Of a DNA stretch of 64,000 bases, positions 55,591 to 64,000 are shown piece after piece. Position 1 is the stretch's first letter. Each line of letters begins with the position of its first letter. This stretch comes from an uncultured Gammaproteobacteria bacterium (GTDB lineage: Bacteria; Pseudomonadota; Gammaproteobacteria; Steroidobacterales; Steroidobacteraceae). Position numbers and translations under genes: made by a program. The stretch spans positions 3,940 to 67,939 of the forward strand of contig CAVSZE010000008.1 of the NCBI GenBank assembly GCA_963732375.1. The letters run 5' to 3'. Under the pieces are notes generated by a model. It was given only the letters and a program-made list of their open reading frames with translations, made no database searches and had not been told where the DNA came from.

Positions 55591-56625
55591 ATGACGACCA
55601 AGAAGGTTTCGATCCTGGCGACCCTGGCGGCCGCGTCGGTTCTGTCGTTTGCGGGCGCACCAGCCTACGCGCGCGGACCCGCGCCTGACCCGGCGGTCAA
55701 GGACTTCCAGCGCGTCGTGGACGCGGCCTATGCGAAGTACAAGGACCTGAAGGACGGTAAGAACGCCGACTACATCCCCATCCTGACCGAGACGCCGAGC
55801 GACCTGTTCGGCGTCGTCATCGTCACGAAGGACGGCAGGGTCTACAGCGCGGGCGACGTGGACTACGTGTTCTCGATCCAGTCCGTCTCCAAGCCCTTTA
55901 CCGCCGCGCTGGTGATGACCGAGCAGAGCCCGGAGGTCCTCAAGGAGAAAATCGGTGTCGAGCCGACCGGCCTGCCGTTCAACTCGAAGCTGGCGCTCGC
56001 GATCTACGAGAATTCAGTGAATCCTCTTGTCAACGCGGGTGCGATCGCGGCCGTGAGCCTGGTGCAGGCCACTTCCGAAGCGGACCGCTGGAACAAGGTG
56101 TCGCAGAACCTGAGCGACTTCGCCGGACGCCCGTTGACCGTGCTCGAGAAGGTCTACGATTCGGAGTACTCGACGGCCTACGGCAATCGCGGCATCGCCA
56201 ACCTGCTTTACAACTGGGGTCGCCTCTACAGCGATCCGGAGGAAGCGCTCCGCGTGTACACGCGCGAGTGTTCCGTCGGCGTCAGCGCCAGGGACTTGGG
56301 GCTGATGGGCGCGACGCTGGCCAACGGCGGCGTCAACCCGCTGACCAAGAAGCAGGTGATGCCGGCCCGGCATGTGCCGGAACTGCTGGCGATCATGGCC
56401 ACGGCAGGCTTCTACGATGAATCGGGCGACTGGATGTTCACGGCGGGCCTGCCGGCCAAGACCGGCGTGGGCGGCGGCATCGTCGCCGTCGTGCCCGGGC
56501 GTTTCGCTATCGCCGCGTTCTCGCCGCGGTTGAACGAGGCGGGCAACAGTGTCCGATCGTTGAAAGCCATCCGCGACATCTCCGGCGAACTCGGCCTGGA
56601 CGTGTTCGGGTCGAACCCGAACTGA
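55591..56625 (+). CDS. glsA: Glutaminase A with an N-terminal signal peptide
   Basis: ADYIPIL, FSIQSVSKPF (Ser-x-x-Lys), NAGAI, GVGGGIVAVVPG. N-terminus MTTKKVSILATLAAASVLSFAGAPAYA. Confidence 0.85.
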   Translation: MTTKKVSILATLAAASVLSFAGAPAYARGPAPDPAVKDFQRVVDAAYAKYKDLKDGKNADYIPILTETPSDLFGVVIVTKDGRVYSAGDVDYVFSIQSVSKPFTAALVMTEQSPEVLKEKIGVEPTGLPFNSKLALAIYENSVNPLVNAGAIAAVSLVQATSEADRWNKVSQNLSDFAGRPLTVLEKVYDSEYSTAYGNRGIANLLYNWGRLYSDPEEALRVYTRECSVGVSARDLGLMGATLANGGVNPLTKKQVMPARHVPELLAIMATAGFYDESGDWMFTAGLPAKTGVGGGIVAVVPGRFAIAAFSPRLNEAGNSVRSLKAIRDISGELGLDVFGSNPN

Positions 56626-56741
56626 CCTGGCCTTATGGCTGCCTGGATCATCGCGCCGGTTGCGAGCACGGCGTGACGGTCCGAAACGAATGATGGACGA
56701 CGAGGAGCCGTCGCTCCGGCTGTCCGGTCGCGGAGTGCGAG

Positions 56742-58298
56742 ATGAGCATGCAAATGTTGAGAAAATCTCTCGTGGCGGCGCTGGCGATGTCCGCCACGCT
56801 GGCCAGCGCACAGGGCACGTCTTCGACCATCGAGGAGCGCCTGCAGCAACTCGAAGCCGACCAGGCGACGATGAGGCAGCAGCTCGCCGAGCGCGACGCT
56901 GAGATCCAGCAGCTGCGGCGCGAGTTGCAGGCTCAGCAGGCACAGGTGGGCGCGGTCACCGCCCCGGCGGCTGCGGCGACGGCACCGTTGCAGCCCCCAG
57001 CTGCGGTGGGGGCCACGGTGGCCCCGACGCAGGCGACCGAACCGGCCGATCAGTATCAGGTGGCCGGCCAGCCGCCCCCGGCCCCCAACCAGACCGGGGC
57101 GCGTGAGGAAACCTGGGGCGTCTACGATCCAGGCGTTGGATTCCTGGTGGGACGCAACAAGTACGGCGAGCTCGACCTCAGTGCCTATGCCCTCGCGCGC
57201 TACGTCGACCAGAACGACTCCGACGGAATCTTCAAGGACCACCTCGGCAACGTGCACACGGTCGACACGCGCAACGACATCTTTTCGCACCGGATCATGG
57301 TCTGGCTCAAGGGCTGGGTGGGGGATCCGAAGCTCGTGTACACGATCACAATGTGGACCGTGAACACGACCGATCAGCAGGCGATCTTCGCGAACCTGGG
57401 GTACCAGTTCAGCCCGAAGTTCAGCCTCTACGCCGGCATGGTCGGCAACCCCGGGTCGCGTTCCCTGGTCGGCTCCCACCCCTACTGGCTGGGCAACGAC
57501 CGCGTCATGGCGGACGAGTTCTTCCGCCCCTATTTCGGCTCCGGCGTCTACGCGAATGGCGAGATATTGCCGGGGCTCTGGTACCAGGGGGTGGTCTCGA
57601 ACAACAATAGCGCGCTCGGCGTCAAGGCGAGCCAGCTCGATCGCAAGATGACGTACGGCGGGACGATGTGGTGGATGCCGACCACGCACGAGTTCGGTCC
57701 GCGCGGCGCGTACGGCGACTGGGAGTGGCACGAGGAGCTGGCGACGCGTTTCGGTTTCGGATACGTCTTCAGCCCCGAGCAGAGCTTCCGGGACAGCTCA
57801 GGCAGCGCGGGCAATACAACACTGCGCCTCGCGGATTCGCTCAATCTCTTCGACACGGGTTCGCTGGCACCCGGGGTCACGATACAGAACGCCGACTACC
57901 GCGTGCTCTCGATCGACGCGGGAATCAAGTACAAGGGCATCTTCCTGCAGACCGAGTATTATCAGCGCCGGCTCGACAACTTCGACGCCGACGGTTCGCT
58001 GCCGGTCAGGGAAATCAAGGACACGGGCTTCTACGTGCAGGGCGCGTTCTACCCGATCCCGCACGTACTCGAGTTCTATGCCGCGACCTCGCAGATCTAT
58101 GGCGACAGCAACGCGGGATTCGGCAACGCCACGGAATACCTCATAGGCACGAACTGGTACCCGTTCGACACGCGTAATCACCGGCTCAACGTTCAGCTGA
58201 TGGACGTCAACCGCTCGCCCGTGAGCAGCGTGTTCGGCTACTACACGGGCGGACAGGATGGCTGGACGCTAGCCACGGCGTTCTCGATCTTTTTCTAG
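56742..58298 (+). CDS. Outer-membrane porin with N-terminal coiled coil
   Basis: Signal peptide. IEERLQQLEADQATMRQQLAERDAEIQQLRRELQAQQ, a P/A linker, then a beta-barrel ending ...LATAFSIFF. Confidence 0.65.
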   Translation: MSMQMLRKSLVAALAMSATLASAQGTSSTIEERLQQLEADQATMRQQLAERDAEIQQLRRELQAQQAQVGAVTAPAAAATAPLQPPAAVGATVAPTQATEPADQYQVAGQPPPAPNQTGAREETWGVYDPGVGFLVGRNKYGELDLSAYALARYVDQNDSDGIFKDHLGNVHTVDTRNDIFSHRIMVWLKGWVGDPKLVYTITMWTVNTTDQQAIFANLGYQFSPKFSLYAGMVGNPGSRSLVGSHPYWLGNDRVMADEFFRPYFGSGVYANGEILPGLWYQGVVSNNNSALGVKASQLDRKMTYGGTMWWMPTTHEFGPRGAYGDWEWHEELATRFGFGYVFSPEQSFRDSSGSAGNTTLRLADSLNLFDTGSLAPGVTIQNADYRVLSIDAGIKYKGIFLQTEYYQRRLDNFDADGSLPVREIKDTGFYVQGAFYPIPHVLEFYAATSQIYGDSNAGFGNATEYLIGTNWYPFDTRNHRLNVQLMDVNRSPVSSVFGYYTGGQDGWTLATAFSIFF

Positions 58299-58308
58299 GA
58301 GTTCCGCG

Positions 58309-59436
58309 ATGCAAGTAGAGCGCAGTCACGGCAGGGAGGTGTTGAGACGCCTTGCCGCACTGAGTGTTGCCGCCCTGTGGATCGGCGGCGCGGTCCAGGC
58401 CGCGCCGGCCTCGGGCTGTATCTTCAACGATGCGCACTTCCACCTGACCAACTACGTGCAGCAGGGCACGGACATGGGCAAGTACGTGCGCGAGATCATG
58501 GGCGACAAGGTCTGCCGCTCGACGGTGTTTGGGATCCCGCTGCAACAGACGTGGTCGTATGAGAACTCCGGAGACTTTGCCCCGACGTACTACCTGCAGT
58601 CGGATGCACCCCTCTACTACTACTCGTTCACAGACGCATGGATCGCGACGCAGTACCTCAAGCTCAAGCCCGAGGAGCGCAACCGCCTCGATCCGATGAT
58701 CACGGGTTTCAATCCCGCCGACATGTACGGCGTGGACCACATCCGGCGCGTGCTCGAGACCTTCCCGGGCGTGTTCACGGGCATCGGCGAGTTCACGATC
58801 CACAAGGAGTTCGTTTCGTCGAAGATCGCGGGAGAGGTCGCCAGCCTGACCAATCCGGCACTGGACCGGATTCTCGACTTCGCGGGCGAGGTGGGGCTTG
58901 CCGTCATCCTGCACAGCGACATCGACATGCCGTTCGCCAAGGCGGGCGCGGAGCCGGTCTTCCTGAAGCAGATGAAAGACCTGCTGCGGCGGCACCCGAA
59001 GACCACGATCATCTGGGCGCATATGGGCCTCGGGCGCGTAGTTCACCCGGTGCAGAGTCAGGCGACTACCGATGCCGCGGAGCGGACCACGAACCAGGGC
59101 GACATCGTCGAGTCGATGTTGAGCGACCCGACGCTGAGCCACGTGTACTTCGACATCTCCTGGGACGAAGTCGCGAAATATGCCGTGGCGTCCGCGGAAT
59201 CCAATGCCCGGACGGCCGCCGTGCTCAACAAGTATCCGGATCGCTTCCTGTTCGGTACCGACAACGTCGCGCCGCCAGACCAGGCCGCGCAGCTGCGGGT
59301 GTACGACATGTGGACGCCGATCTGGTCGAAGCTGACGCCTGACGCCAGTCAGGAGATTCGCAAGGGCAACTACGAGCGCATTTTTGACGCCGCACGCGTC
59401 AGGGTGCGTGCCTGGGAAAAGACCAATCTCAAGTAG
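58309..59436 (+). CDS. Exported amidohydrolase-family (TIM-barrel metal hydrolase) protein
   Basis: Signal-like N-terminus RRLAALSVAALWIGGAVQA. Metal-ligand contexts NDAHFHL, VILHSDID, IIWAHMG, FLFGTDN. Confidence 0.7.
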   Translation: MQVERSHGREVLRRLAALSVAALWIGGAVQAAPASGCIFNDAHFHLTNYVQQGTDMGKYVREIMGDKVCRSTVFGIPLQQTWSYENSGDFAPTYYLQSDAPLYYYSFTDAWIATQYLKLKPEERNRLDPMITGFNPADMYGVDHIRRVLETFPGVFTGIGEFTIHKEFVSSKIAGEVASLTNPALDRILDFAGEVGLAVILHSDIDMPFAKAGAEPVFLKQMKDLLRRHPKTTIIWAHMGLGRVVHPVQSQATTDAAERTTNQGDIVESMLSDPTLSHVYFDISWDEVAKYAVASAESNARTAAVLNKYPDRFLFGTDNVAPPDQAAQLRVYDMWTPIWSKLTPDASQEIRKGNYERIFDAARVRVRAWEKTNLK

Positions 59437-59504
59437 ACTGTGATGACATTACCCAGGAGATCAACTGCGCTGCGTCACGAATAGAACGAGCGGGGAGCTG
59501 AGTC

Positions 59505-61193
59505 ATGTTCCAGGCGATTCAGAAAGTGCTCGAGGCTCATCCAGAGATTGCCTTCTTCCTGGTACTCGGCCTCGGATACCTGTTCGGAAAGATCGCGCTC
59601 GGGAGCTTCAAGCTGGGCGCCGTGACCGGCACGTTGCTCGCCGGCGTAATCGTGGGGCAGCTCGGCGTCACGCTGCCGAATGAAGTAAAGCAGTGCTTCT
59701 TCCTCTTGTTCCTGTTTGCCATCGGTTTCCGGACCGGGCCGCAGTTCTTCCGCGGCCTGAAGAAGGACGGCTTGCAACATGCGGCGCTGTCGGCAGTCGT
59801 CGCCGTGGCCGGGCTCGTCATTGCCTATGTTGTCGCCAAGGCCTTTGGCTACGACGCCGGGACCGCCGCTGGTGTCGTCGCCGGATCATTGACGGAGTCG
59901 GCCACGATCGGCACGGCCATGGACGCGATAGGGCGGCTCGACGCGCCACAGGCGACACGCGAGGCGCTGGCCAACAACATCCCGGTCGCCTTCGCCGTGA
60001 CCTACCTGGTCGGAGTGACGGCCGCCGCGTGGTTCCTGTCACAGGTTGCGCCGCGCATCATGCGCGTGGACCTCGCGGAGGAATGCCGAAAGCTCGAGGA
60101 AGTCATGCTGGGCGGCGCTACTGCGCAGGCGCTTGCGCGTCGCGAGTTCGAGCTCCGCGGGTACGCCATCGACCCGGGATCGCAGTGGGTGGGTCGCCGG
60201 GCGGCGGATCTCGAAGCGTCGGTGGGCGCCCGGGTTTTCGTCGAGCGAATGCGAAGGCGCGGGCAGCTTCTCGAGGGCGACAGCGAGCGGGTGTTTCAGG
60301 TCGGGGATGTGATTGCGGTCTCGGGCCCCCGGGAGCAGCTCGTGGAAGTGCTGGAGGCTCCGGGAAGCGGGCTGCGCGAGACGGACGATCGCGAACTGCT
60401 CGGGTTGGCGGCCGAAATGGTCGACGTGGTCGTGACCAACTCGGAGGTTGACGGCATGGCGCTGACGGCCCTCGCCAATGAGGAGGCGGCCCGCGGCGTC
60501 TTCCTGCGGCGTCTGACGAGGGCAGGCACGGCGATCGGCGTGGTGCCCGACACGAAGGTGCACCGGGGCGACGTGCTGACGATCGGCGGAGCCACGGCCA
60601 ACCTTACCCGCGCCATCGAGTATCTCGGCGTCGCCGACCGACCGAGCGATACCACCGACATGTTCGTCGTCGCAGTAGCCATCGTCGCGGGCGGCCTGAT
60701 CGGCCTGCCTGCGATCGATATCGCAGGTGTCGAAATCGGGCTCAGCCTGCCGGTCGGTGTGCTGCTGGGCGGCCTCGTCTGCGGGTGGCTGAGGTCCGTG
60801 CGCCCGAGCATGTTCGGACGCATCCCCAGCGCGACGCTGTGGGTATTCGAGTCCATCGGGCTCACGGGCTTCGTCGCCGTGGTCGGTTTGAATGCCGGCC
60901 CGGACTTCGTCGCGGGCCTCCAGGCGAGCGGAGTGAGCCTGCTTGTCGCCGGTGCGATCACCGTGATGTCGACGCTGCTGGTGGGAGTGCTGGTGGGGCG
61001 CTGGGTATTCAAGATGCACCCCGGCGTGCTGCTCGGGGTCTGCGCAGGCGCCTGCACGGCCACCCCGGCGCTGGCCGCCGTGCAGGAGACCGCGAAGAGC
61101 GCCGTGCCGTCCATCGGCTATGGGGTGGCCTATGCCATCGGCAACGTCCTGCTCGCAATCTGGGGCACGGTCATCGTCATGCTGATGAGCTGA
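59505..61193 (+). CDS. aspT: AspT/YidE/YbjL-family (aspartate:alanine exchanger type) transporter, copy 1
   Basis: Two membrane halves separated by tandem TrkA_C-like domains. The N-terminus EIAFFLVLGLGYLFGKI..GSFKLG and FLFAIGFRTGPQFF are family signatures. Confidence 0.75.
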   Translation: MFQAIQKVLEAHPEIAFFLVLGLGYLFGKIALGSFKLGAVTGTLLAGVIVGQLGVTLPNEVKQCFFLLFLFAIGFRTGPQFFRGLKKDGLQHAALSAVVAVAGLVIAYVVAKAFGYDAGTAAGVVAGSLTESATIGTAMDAIGRLDAPQATREALANNIPVAFAVTYLVGVTAAAWFLSQVAPRIMRVDLAEECRKLEEVMLGGATAQALARREFELRGYAIDPGSQWVGRRAADLEASVGARVFVERMRRRGQLLEGDSERVFQVGDVIAVSGPREQLVEVLEAPGSGLRETDDRELLGLAAEMVDVVVTNSEVDGMALTALANEEAARGVFLRRLTRAGTAIGVVPDTKVHRGDVLTIGGATANLTRAIEYLGVADRPSDTTDMFVVAVAIVAGGLIGLPAIDIAGVEIGLSLPVGVLLGGLVCGWLRSVRPSMFGRIPSATLWVFESIGLTGFVAVVGLNAGPDFVAGLQASGVSLLVAGAITVMSTLLVGVLVGRWVFKMHPGVLLGVCAGACTATPALAAVQETAKSAVPSIGYGVAYAIGNVLLAIWGTVIVMLMS

Positions 61194-61222
61194 AGCCGTG
61201 CCGCACCGAAGGAGATAGCAAA

Positions 61223-62917
61223 ATGGGTATCTGGGACTGGATCGTCACCACGCTGCGCTCCTATCCGGAGCTGGCTATCTTCCTGGCGCTCGCGCTCGGC
61301 TTCTGGCTCGGCGCAAAGAAGGTCGCGGGCTTCGCCCTGGGCAGCGTGACTGCGACGCTGCTCGCGGCCGTGGTCGTCGGCCAGATCGGCATCGACATCC
61401 CCGGACCCATCAAGTCCACGTTCTTCATGCTGTTCCTGTTCGCCGTGGGCTACGGCGTGGGCCCGCAGTTCTTCCGGGGCTTAAGCAAGGATGGCCCGAA
61501 GCAGATCGCGTTCTCGCTGATCGTGCTGGCGATCTGCCTGCTCGCGCCCGTCCTGTGCGCAAAGCTGGGCGGTTTGAACGTGGGCTACGCGGTCGGCATG
61601 TACGCCGGCTCGCAGACCATCTCGGCCTCCATCGGTGTCGCGACCGACCAGCTGAATCGCCTCGGGCTCACGCCCGAAGAGCTCAAGGCCTACCTGGCCG
61701 CGATCCCCGTCGCCTATGCGGTGACTTACCTTTTCGGCACGATCGGCTCGGCCATCCTGCTCGCGCAGATCGGTCCCAAGCTCATTGGAGTCAACCTCGC
61801 CGAGGCCTGCGCCGAGTACGAGAAGCAGATGGGCGGCGGGACAACCGACCATGACCCGGGCGTCTTGTCGGGTTACCGGCACGTCGAGCTCAGGGCCTAC
61901 CGGATCACGGAGGCGAGCGGTCTCACCGGCAAGCCGGTCCGTGAGCTGTTTCCAGACCTGCGGATCTTCTTCGAGCGCATCCGTCGCGGCGACCAGCTGA
62001 TCGATGCGAACGCCGACAGCGTGCTCCGGGACGGCGACGTGGCAGCGATTTCCGGGCCGCGCGCGGCGCTCGTCGAAAAGGTCGAAGCCGTCGTTCCGGA
62101 GGCGGACGACAGGGAGTTGCTCGACGTGCCCGTGACGCTGGTAGATGTCTTCGTGCGCAGCAAGGACGTGAACGGCAAGACATTGCGCGAGATTGCGGAC
62201 CTGCCGCTGGCGCGGGGGATTTACCTGCGCAAGATCACGCGAAACATGATCGAGATACCGGTCTTCCCCGAGACCGAGATCCTGCGGGGCGACATCCTGA
62301 CGATCGCCGGCAGCACGCGTCACGTGGACACCGCCGTTGCGGCCCTCGGGCACGCCGACCGACCCGTCGAGACCACCGACCTGGCCGTCGTTTCCGGCGG
62401 CATCGTCGTTGGCGGCCTCGTAGGCGCGCTGACGTACGTGATGGGCGGCGTCCCGATCAGCCTCTCGACCTCCGGGGGTGCGCTGCTTGCGGGGCTGCTG
62501 CTCGGCTACTGGCGCACGATCCGCCCCACCTTCGGCAACATCCCGGCTCCGTCGCTGTGGCTGATGAACACGCTCGGCCTCAACGTCTTCATCGCGATCG
62601 TCGGGATCAGCGCGGGCCCGGGATTCGTTTCGGGCCTGCGTGAGGTCGGATTCAGCATCTTCCTGTGGGGCATGGTGGCCACGTCAGTGCCGCTTATCGC
62701 CGCCGTGCTGCTCGCCCACTACGTCTTCAAGTTCCACCCCGCGATCCTGTTCGGCGTGTGCGCCGGCGTGCGCACGACGACGGCGGCGCTCGGGATGATC
62801 CAGGACGAGGCGAAGAGCAAGGTGCCAGCCCTCGGCTACGGGATGCCGTACGCCATCGGCAACACGCTGCTGACGATCTTCGGCATGGTGATCGTGCTGT
62901 TGATGTCGGGCAGCTGA
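61223..62917 (+). CDS. AspT/YidE/YbjL-family transporter, copy 2 (divergent paralog)
   Basis: ATG at 61223 after GGAGATAG. Same architecture. Roughly 40% identical by eye to copy 1. Confidence 0.75.
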   Translation: MGIWDWIVTTLRSYPELAIFLALALGFWLGAKKVAGFALGSVTATLLAAVVVGQIGIDIPGPIKSTFFMLFLFAVGYGVGPQFFRGLSKDGPKQIAFSLIVLAICLLAPVLCAKLGGLNVGYAVGMYAGSQTISASIGVATDQLNRLGLTPEELKAYLAAIPVAYAVTYLFGTIGSAILLAQIGPKLIGVNLAEACAEYEKQMGGGTTDHDPGVLSGYRHVELRAYRITEASGLTGKPVRELFPDLRIFFERIRRGDQLIDANADSVLRDGDVAAISGPRAALVEKVEAVVPEADDRELLDVPVTLVDVFVRSKDVNGKTLREIADLPLARGIYLRKITRNMIEIPVFPETEILRGDILTIAGSTRHVDTAVAALGHADRPVETTDLAVVSGGIVVGGLVGALTYVMGGVPISLSTSGGALLAGLLLGYWRTIRPTFGNIPAPSLWLMNTLGLNVFIAIVGISAGPGFVSGLREVGFSIFLWGMVATSVPLIAAVLLAHYVFKFHPAILFGVCAGVRTTTAALGMIQDEAKSKVPALGYGMPYAIGNTLLTIFGMVIVLLMSGS

Positions 62918-62951
62918 GGACAGGCCGCGTCAATCTGAAACGGAGAATTCG

Positions 62952-64000
62952 ATGGACATCGTGAAATTGAGAGAATACGAGGCGTTGAGCCCGTTCGAGA
63001 TCAAGGACTTCCTGGCCAAGGCCGCGAACACGACCGCGAGCGCATCGGACATCTCTTACCTGAACGCCGGCCGCGGCAACCCGAACTGGATTGCCACGGA
63101 GCCGCGCGAAGGGTTCTTCCTGCTCGGCCAGTTCGCCATCACCGAAAGCAAGCGGGTGCTCGACCTGCCGCCGGGCGTCGGCGGCATGGCCCGGCGCCCG
63201 GGCATTTCCGATCGACTGGTCGGCTGGCTGAAGAAGAACGCGGACATGCCCGGCGCGGAGTTCCTGGGCGCGCTGGTGCCCTGGGCGGTGCAGAAGTTCG
63301 GCTTCGACGCGGACATGTTCGTGCACGAACTCGTGGATTCGATCATCGGCGACAACTACCCGGTCCCCGATCGCATGCTGGTGCACAACGAGCAGATCGT
63401 GCACGAGTACCTGCAGTGGGCCATGTGCGGGCTGCCACGGCCGAAAGGCGTGTTCAAGCTGTATGCCGTCGAGGGCGGCACTGCGGCGATGTGCTACATC
63501 TTCAAGTCGATGAAGACCAACCGGCTGCTGAACGCCGGCGACACCATCGCGCTCGGCACGCCGATCTTCACGCCGTATCTCGAGATGCCGCACCTCGAAG
63601 ACTACGACCTCAAGATCGTGAACGTGCAGGCCAAGCAGGAGAACCAGTGGCAGTTCGATGACGCGGAGCTGAAGAAGCTGCTCGACCCGGCGATCAAGGC
63701 CTTTTTCCTTGTGAATCCGGGCAACCCGAGCGCCGTGGCGCTGAGCGAAAAGACCATCGCGAAGATCGGTGCGATCCTGAAGAAGCGGCCCGACCTCATC
63801 CTGCTGACCGATGACGTCTACGGCACGTTCGTGCCCGGGTTCCGCTCGCTGCTCGGCGCATTCCCGCACAACACGATCGGCGTGTACTCGTACAGCAAGT
63901 ACTTCGGCTGCACCGGCTGGCGCCTCGGCGTCATCGCCGTGCACGAGGACAACCTTTTCGACAAGCTGATCGCGAAACATCCGGAGTCGGTGCTGAAGAA
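62952..64000 (+). CDS. aspD: Aspartate 4-decarboxylase (PLP, aminotransferase class I fold), 3'-truncated by the window edge
   Basis: ATG at 62952 after GGAGA. LSPFEIKDFL, NAGRGNPNW, IIGDNYPVPDRML, LVNPGNPS, YSYSKYFGCTGWRLG (PLP lysine). Absent from the ORF track because it has no stop in the window. Confidence 0.8.
   Translation, partial: MDIVKLREYEALSPFEIKDFLAKAANTTASASDISYLNAGRGNPNWIATEPREGFFLLGQFAITESKRVLDLPPGVGGMARRPGISDRLVGWLKKNADMPGAEFLGALVPWAVQKFGFDADMFVHELVDSIIGDNYPVPDRMLVHNEQIVHEYLQWAMCGLPRPKGVFKLYAVEGGTAAMCYIFKSMKTNRLLNAGDTIALGTPIFTPYLEMPHLEDYDLKIVNVQAKQENQWQFDDAELKKLLDPAIKAFFLVNPGNPSAVALSEKTIAKIGAILKKRPDLILLTDDVYGTFVPGFRSLLGAFPHNTIGVYSYSKYFGCTGWRLGVIAVHEDNLFDKLIAKHPESVLK

Noticed and set aside
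62727-63980. 417-aa reverse ORF
   Set aside because: Antisense to the aspartate 4-decarboxylase frame, which carries the PLP-lysine motif SYSKYFGCTGWRLG. The forward gene is missing from the ORF track only because it has no stop in the window.

Overview
High-GC (about 65%) proteobacterial chromosomal segment with about 70 supportable features. I recognised no rRNA, tRNA, CRISPR array, transposase or integrase.

Left part (1-16 kb):
- A disrupted MscS-family gene, MltF, and a CorA-family channel with an unusual N-terminus and a GMS pore motif.
- An exported metallophosphoesterase.
- A polyphosphate locus: ppx, a small ORF, a pyruvate-kinase-fold protein, a DUF3562-like gene and ppk1.
- An orphan ParA-like ATPase translationally coupled to a membrane protein, followed by beta-oxidation-type genes.

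Centre (about 16-47 kb), a dense island of envelope and general-stress-type genes:
- Small stress genes: two CsbD, three BON, DUF3309, lmo0937-type and PRC-barrel.
- A tandemly duplicated two-gene exported module.
- A 115-aa lipoprotein made almost entirely of collagen-like G-X-Y triplets.
- An operon of exported proteins that includes an extremely Met-rich one.
- A DUF6600-like protein and the 2842-aa cyclic beta-1,2-glucan synthase.
- Lipid-remodelling enzymes (PAP2, a lipase-like hydrolase, an exported PLD).
- Three paralogous Crp/Fnr regulators, one carrying a 10-nt homopolymer just after its start codon.
- A decayed ABC permease.

Right part (47-64 kb):
- A FabY-like orphan ketoacyl synthase.
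- A divergent pair of an RRM RNA-binding protein and IF-1.
- A BrnT/BrnA toxin-antitoxin module with a near-consensus, apparently leaderless promoter.
- A Tat-signal C_GCAxxG_C_C protein with two CXXCH haem motifs.
- An AraC-linked cluster joining two porins, an exported glutaminase and an exported amidohydrolase to two AspT-type exchangers and aspartate 4-decarboxylase.

All calls rest on reading the translations and DNA by eye. No database search was run, so family names are recollections of signature motifs. Start codons are best guesses.
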